Source of the DNA: Marsupella aquatica
Taxonomy: Eukaryota; Plantae; Marchantiophyta
Assembly: GCA_973895155.1 (NCBI GenBank)
Contig: OZ316893.1
Span: 10,049,660-10,113,659, forward strand
Reading direction: 5' to 3'
DNA length: 64,000 bases
Both the position numbers and the translations under genes were made by a program. The number at the start of each line of letters is the position of its first letter. Position 1 is the stretch's first letter. Below are positions 59,315 to 64,000 of this stretch, piece after piece. The notes beneath the pieces are model-generated. The model was not told the origin of the DNA and made no database searches. It saw only the letters and a list, made by a program, of their open reading frames with translations.

Positions 59315-62300
59315 CAGACGCTCTCCCCAATTTCAAAGCTTACCTGGCGTCGATGTTTATCCCCTTGCTCCTTGTACCAACTTTGGGCAAGCTAGGGTCA
59401 TACCCTTGGTAGCCGCTTCCACAACTAGGCGCCGCTCTCGAATAAAATCGTCCGCCAAAGGAACCTTGCTTTCCGTCCGCCAAGCTTCCGGATTTATAAA
59501 CTAGGAGGGCGCCCTTGGCGTCCTCCCTGTGGCCAACACAAATGGCACAAACCCCGTCGCCGAATGCTTGGTCGAGTTATACCTAAACTCGGCCATTGTT
59601 AAATGCTTTGCCCAATCTTTTTGATTGACTGTCACAAAGTGACGCAAGTAGTCCTCCACAATACCATTAACTCATTCTGTTTGGCCATCTATCTCATGAT
59701 GATACGCTGATCCCCTGGTCAAGCCCGTTCCAGATAACCGGAACAACGCCTTCCAGAAATGGCCCGTGAACTTGGTATCGCGATCGGACAGGATATGCAA
59801 CGGCAATCCCCATTGTCGGAAGACATTGTCAAATACTAGACCGGCAACCTCTCGGGCCGAAACCATCTTCGTAGTAGGCAAGAAATACGTCATCTTGGAA
59901 AAACGATCCACGATTGTTAAGATGGAGTTACTGCAGTGGGACTCAGGTAATCCAACAATGAAGTCCATGGAGATAGACTCCCATGGAGCCGCAACTACTG
60001 GTAAGGGTTGTAGTAGTCCTCCTTTTGCCCTATAGACCGTTCGGTTCTTTTGGCACGAGTAACAACTTTGCACATGTTGAAGGACCGATTGCTTCATGTC
60101 CGGCCAATACACATCTCGCGACATGCTGCGATATGTAGCGGCTTGTCCTCCGTGCCCTCCCCAGGACGAGTCGTGGTACTTTTGCAGAACCTCTAACCTT
60201 AGAGACTCTGGTATGTACACACGCCTCTACTTGTATCGCCATAACTGGACATTATGCGTCATATCCAACCCCAACGATACGTGCCTTACCTTGCCCCGAC
60301 TACCCCCATTGCTTTGCCAATCCATAGCTAACCTGTCATCCCCATACGCCGCGGCCAGAACCTTTGGCCACTCGGATTCGAGCATCGTGATCCCATTGAC
60401 ACGATGTTGGTCCTTGCGCGATAATGCGTCCGCTGCCATATTTGTCTTCCTTGGAACGTGGCAGACTTCGAAATCAAAATCCGCCAAGAACATCTGCCAG
60501 TGCATTTCCTTGGGGTTCAGTCTTGGCTTAGAACTGAAGTACCCGGCCGGCGAGCTATTTGTGTGGATTACCACTTTGGGACCGTTCTTAAGGTAAATCC
60601 CCCACTTCTTCAACGCGTAGATCACAGCATACATTTCCCTTTCCGGTGTGATCCAGTGATTTTCCAACTTACATGACTCGAAAGCCACAGGACGCCCATC
60701 TTGGTTAAGATAGGCGCCAATGGCATAATCACTTGTGTCTGTCCAAATCTCGAACGGCTTCCCCATCTCAGGTAACTTTAGAACCGGTGGCGTTATCATT
60801 AATCGCTTAAGTTCTAGGAATGCTAACTCGCAATCCTGTGTCCACACAAACACTTTGTTTTTCAACATTAGCGCATTTAGGGGCCTCGTGATCCTCGCAT
60901 AGTCTTTCATGTATCTCCGATAGAACCCCATAAATCCTAAGAAGGCTCTAACTTGCCTTATATTGGACGGGCGCTCCCATTCTTTGATCTCCTTAAGCTT
61001 ATCCTGACTAGGCGTAATCCTTCCGGGGTAAAGGTATGGCCGAGGAACTGAATCTTGTTCATCGCAAACTCGCACTTGCTAGGTTTAGCAAAGAGATGAG
61101 CCTTACAAAGGCGAGAGAACACTTCTTTGAGCAACTGCTCATGCTCCTCCAACGTTTTCGAGTAGATTAGGATGTCGTCAATAAAGACAACCACTCCTTG
61201 GTTCAACAAGTCATGAAAGATGGTATTCATCATCTTCATGAACGTTGCGGTTGCATTACACAACCCAAACGGCATAACCAAAAACTCATAGGATCCGAAC
61301 CTTGTACGCATCACGGTCTTATACTCGTCTCCCTTAGCCATGCGGATCTGGTAATACCCAGACCGCAAGTCCACCTTTGAAAACTTCTCCGCCCCGGAGA
61401 GGCAATCGAAGAGGTCATGCATATGAGGTAACGGGTACTTGTTCTTTACCGTCTGCTTATTGAGGGCCCGGTAATCTGCGCACAATCTCAATGTACCATC
61501 CTTTTTGGACACAAACAGCGCGGGCGCCCCGTAAGGAATCTTACTAGGGCGAATGAACCCTTGGTCGATCAACTCTTCCAAGGCGTTCTTCAACATCATT
61601 TGCTCGTTCAAGTTCAGACGATAAGGAGCTTTAGCCTGAGGAGCCGATCCCGGCTCCAACTCAACTTGGTGATCCACTTCTCTCCGCGGGGGTAAACCTT
61701 TAGGTAGCTTCTGCGAGAGCACGTCGTTGAATTCCTCTAAAATGTCAGGAATTTGATCGCAGTCGGGCCCGACCTTAGCTGACTTGACCTTTGGCTACGA
61801 CGCAGCCTCCTTAGTTGGGTGGAGATGAAAGAAGAAACATTCATGTCCACCCTTGAAGTCTTTCCACCATTGCTTCGCCGATACACACGGAGACATCCAC
61901 GACACTTTACTTACTTTAAGAAATCTTTCTTTATTTTCGGTAATTTCGTGTACAACGATGGGCTCACCGCCCTTATTGGGAAAATGGAGCACCTCACCCC
62001 CGGTTTCAAGGTAACATTGTACTTTCTGAGATAACCTACCGACAAAATGAAGTCTACGGCTAGACCGTCTAGAACGTAGAACATCTCCTGACTAACAAAA
62101 TTTTGTTGTTCGCCTATGACCTCTACCCGAAGTCTATGCACTACTCTCGACACTATCCCCTTCGTGTCGTTGGCGAACTTGCACACTAACGGTTGTAACA
62201 GCTCTTGCACGTCCACCCAAGACGAGGTGCCGCCTGCCCACTTATGAAGCAGGCGGTCGCGCCTGTATCCACCAAGGCAACACCCAAATTACCGTTAGAA

Positions 62301-64000
62301 GTGACATTCACAAAAATCAGTTTTTCAGGATCCATTGTCTTAAGTTTAGGTATCTTCTCTTGCAACAACACCCTCTCACCGCCAGGGACATCCCCTACAG
62401 GGACCTTGTCAGCTACTAAGGGTTTGGTTAGAGCGATACTTACCTTAATGCTCTTCTGCCCTCCACCATCTCCGTTTGGCTTGCCACCTTTCGTGGAACA
62501 ATCCTTACTTTGATGGCCCATGGCGCCTACTTCTTTGCTTTCTGTGCCGATGAGGCTCCTTTCTTAAAGTTGTTGGCCTTCCGGTTTCGCTTAGCTTCTC
62601 CATTCTGGGGCTGGGGATCCAAACCACCGGCCCCCGCCCCCTCAGGTTGCTTCCGCTTATTCCCGGGACCTTTTGCTTTCCCAGCTTTCGCCTCGGATCC
62701 CTTGCCACCCACCTTTGCCAAGTCCGGTCGGTTATTCACCAACATAGTGGCCTTGTCGAAGGCGTTAGAAAGCGTTTTGAACTCATGACGCTTTTCCTGC
62801 AACTTTTCCCTGAGCAACGGCGGGAGACTCACAATAAAGTTGTGAAGTTGTGTGTGTAGGGTCTCTTGTCCCGTCGGGATACATGCCAACTGATTCTGGT
62901 AATAAGTGATGTACTTTTGGATATCACCCCTGAAACTCATCTCCGTTATGCATTTCTGAGCATGTCGCTCCGGGTACTTAGTGGTGACATGAGCACGGAG
63001 ACCCTCAACCAGGTTTTCCCAAGTTAACGGTAAGGAGGAGTCCTCTCGCGACTTCTTCCATGACTTGTACCAAGTCAAGGCATAGTCCTTCAGGTAAGGA
63101 GCGGCTGCGGTAGCCCAAGTGGAACGCTCAATGCAAGCTTGGAGATGAATCTCCATTGTGGAGAGCCAACTTAGGAACTTTTATCCACTTTGCTCGTAGG
63201 CTCCGTCGTAAGTTGGAGGAGTTGGTAGCTGGTTCACTTGGAACATACTCTGTCCAACTACCATTCCCCCTTCGGGACGCGACGCACTCTGACTACCCAG
63301 ACTAAGTAAGTACTTAATCTGGGCCCCCTTGTTGTGTTCCAACTGCTCATAGATGAGTCGTTGGTCTTGAGTCAACGGACCTAGACCGTCGTCAGCGGCC
63401 GGGCCCTTGCGGGTTGTATGAGGACGGTCCTCCAACCGTCTTTCCTTTGCGGGCCGCCTGTCCTTAGGTTCTCTTGTGGATTTTGGTGAAACACCCCGCG
63501 TTTTGCGAGTACCATGACCTCCCGGGACTGAGGTATCACCCGCATCATCCTGGTTCTGCTTGGTCAAATTATCCACGATGATGTCCGGCTCGGCATCATC
63601 CTCTGGTTCCGTGTTCAACCCTCTCAAGGCTGGGATCACTTCCTCCTCCGGGTCCTGACCCTCTTCCTCTGTCTCAACTTCAGCGTTGTCGTCGCTTGCG
63701 GTTGCATCGGAGTCATCATCGTCCGATCCATCCTCTGAAGGATCAACCGCCTCCTTCCCTTTAAGTTGACGGCGCTTTGCACTTGCTTTGTTTGCCGCAG
63801 CGGTCGACGGTTCGGCCGTTGCGTCTTCTTCATCCTGCTTGTAACGTTCGTCTAGGGAAGTCGACCCGTCCTCCTTCTGTTCATCTTGAACTTGGGCTCT
63901 CCCCTTGGTGGGGGGAGCCTGCTTGCCACTCTTTGCACGAGTGTTTTTAGCCATGTTCCCAACGACCAAATCTGCCCGCAGTCGACTCATCGGACACGTT

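Larger units (their letters stand above)
56960..64000 (-). mobile_element. Degenerate Ty3/gypsy chromovirus (5' end beyond window)
   Basis: gag 63990-62527, protease LVDTGAT, RT VFIDDILIYS, RNase H TDTSDYAIG, integrase SMDFIVGLP/SDRDTKF, GPY module, C-terminal chromodomain. Several frameshifts and stops. Confidence 0.93.

Overview
Eukaryotic, intron-containing, transposon-dense plant DNA (a bryophyte/liverwort origin is my impression only). Contents in order: (1) a CACTA/En-Spm DNA transposon (left end outside the window, right end CACTG at 14278), whose transposase is split by a very young Ty1/copia element (5928-12422); (2) a second, diverged, complete CACTA element (17970-28864, AAT target duplication); (3) an unusual multi-exon gene (29568-35966) with ParB-like, degenerate amino-methyltransferase-like and dead FCP1/NIF-like segments, surrounded by AACCATGGTT palindromes; (4) a truncated copia; (5) a small ORF; (6) an intact 3-exon UDP-glycosyltransferase whose long intron holds a TRIM with tRNA-like LTRs; (7) an L1 LINE interrupted by a degenerate chromovirus. 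Main finding: both CACTA elements carry an intact SET/PR-like lysine-methyltransferase exon inside the first coding intron of the transposase gene. The same Zn-binding first exon can splice in frame to either the SET exon or the transposase core. Each element also has a divergent ORF2 and its own CpG-containing motif clusters. This suggests a transposon-encoded chromatin-modifying (anti-silencing or self-marking) system. All domain calls are by motif recognition, not database searches.
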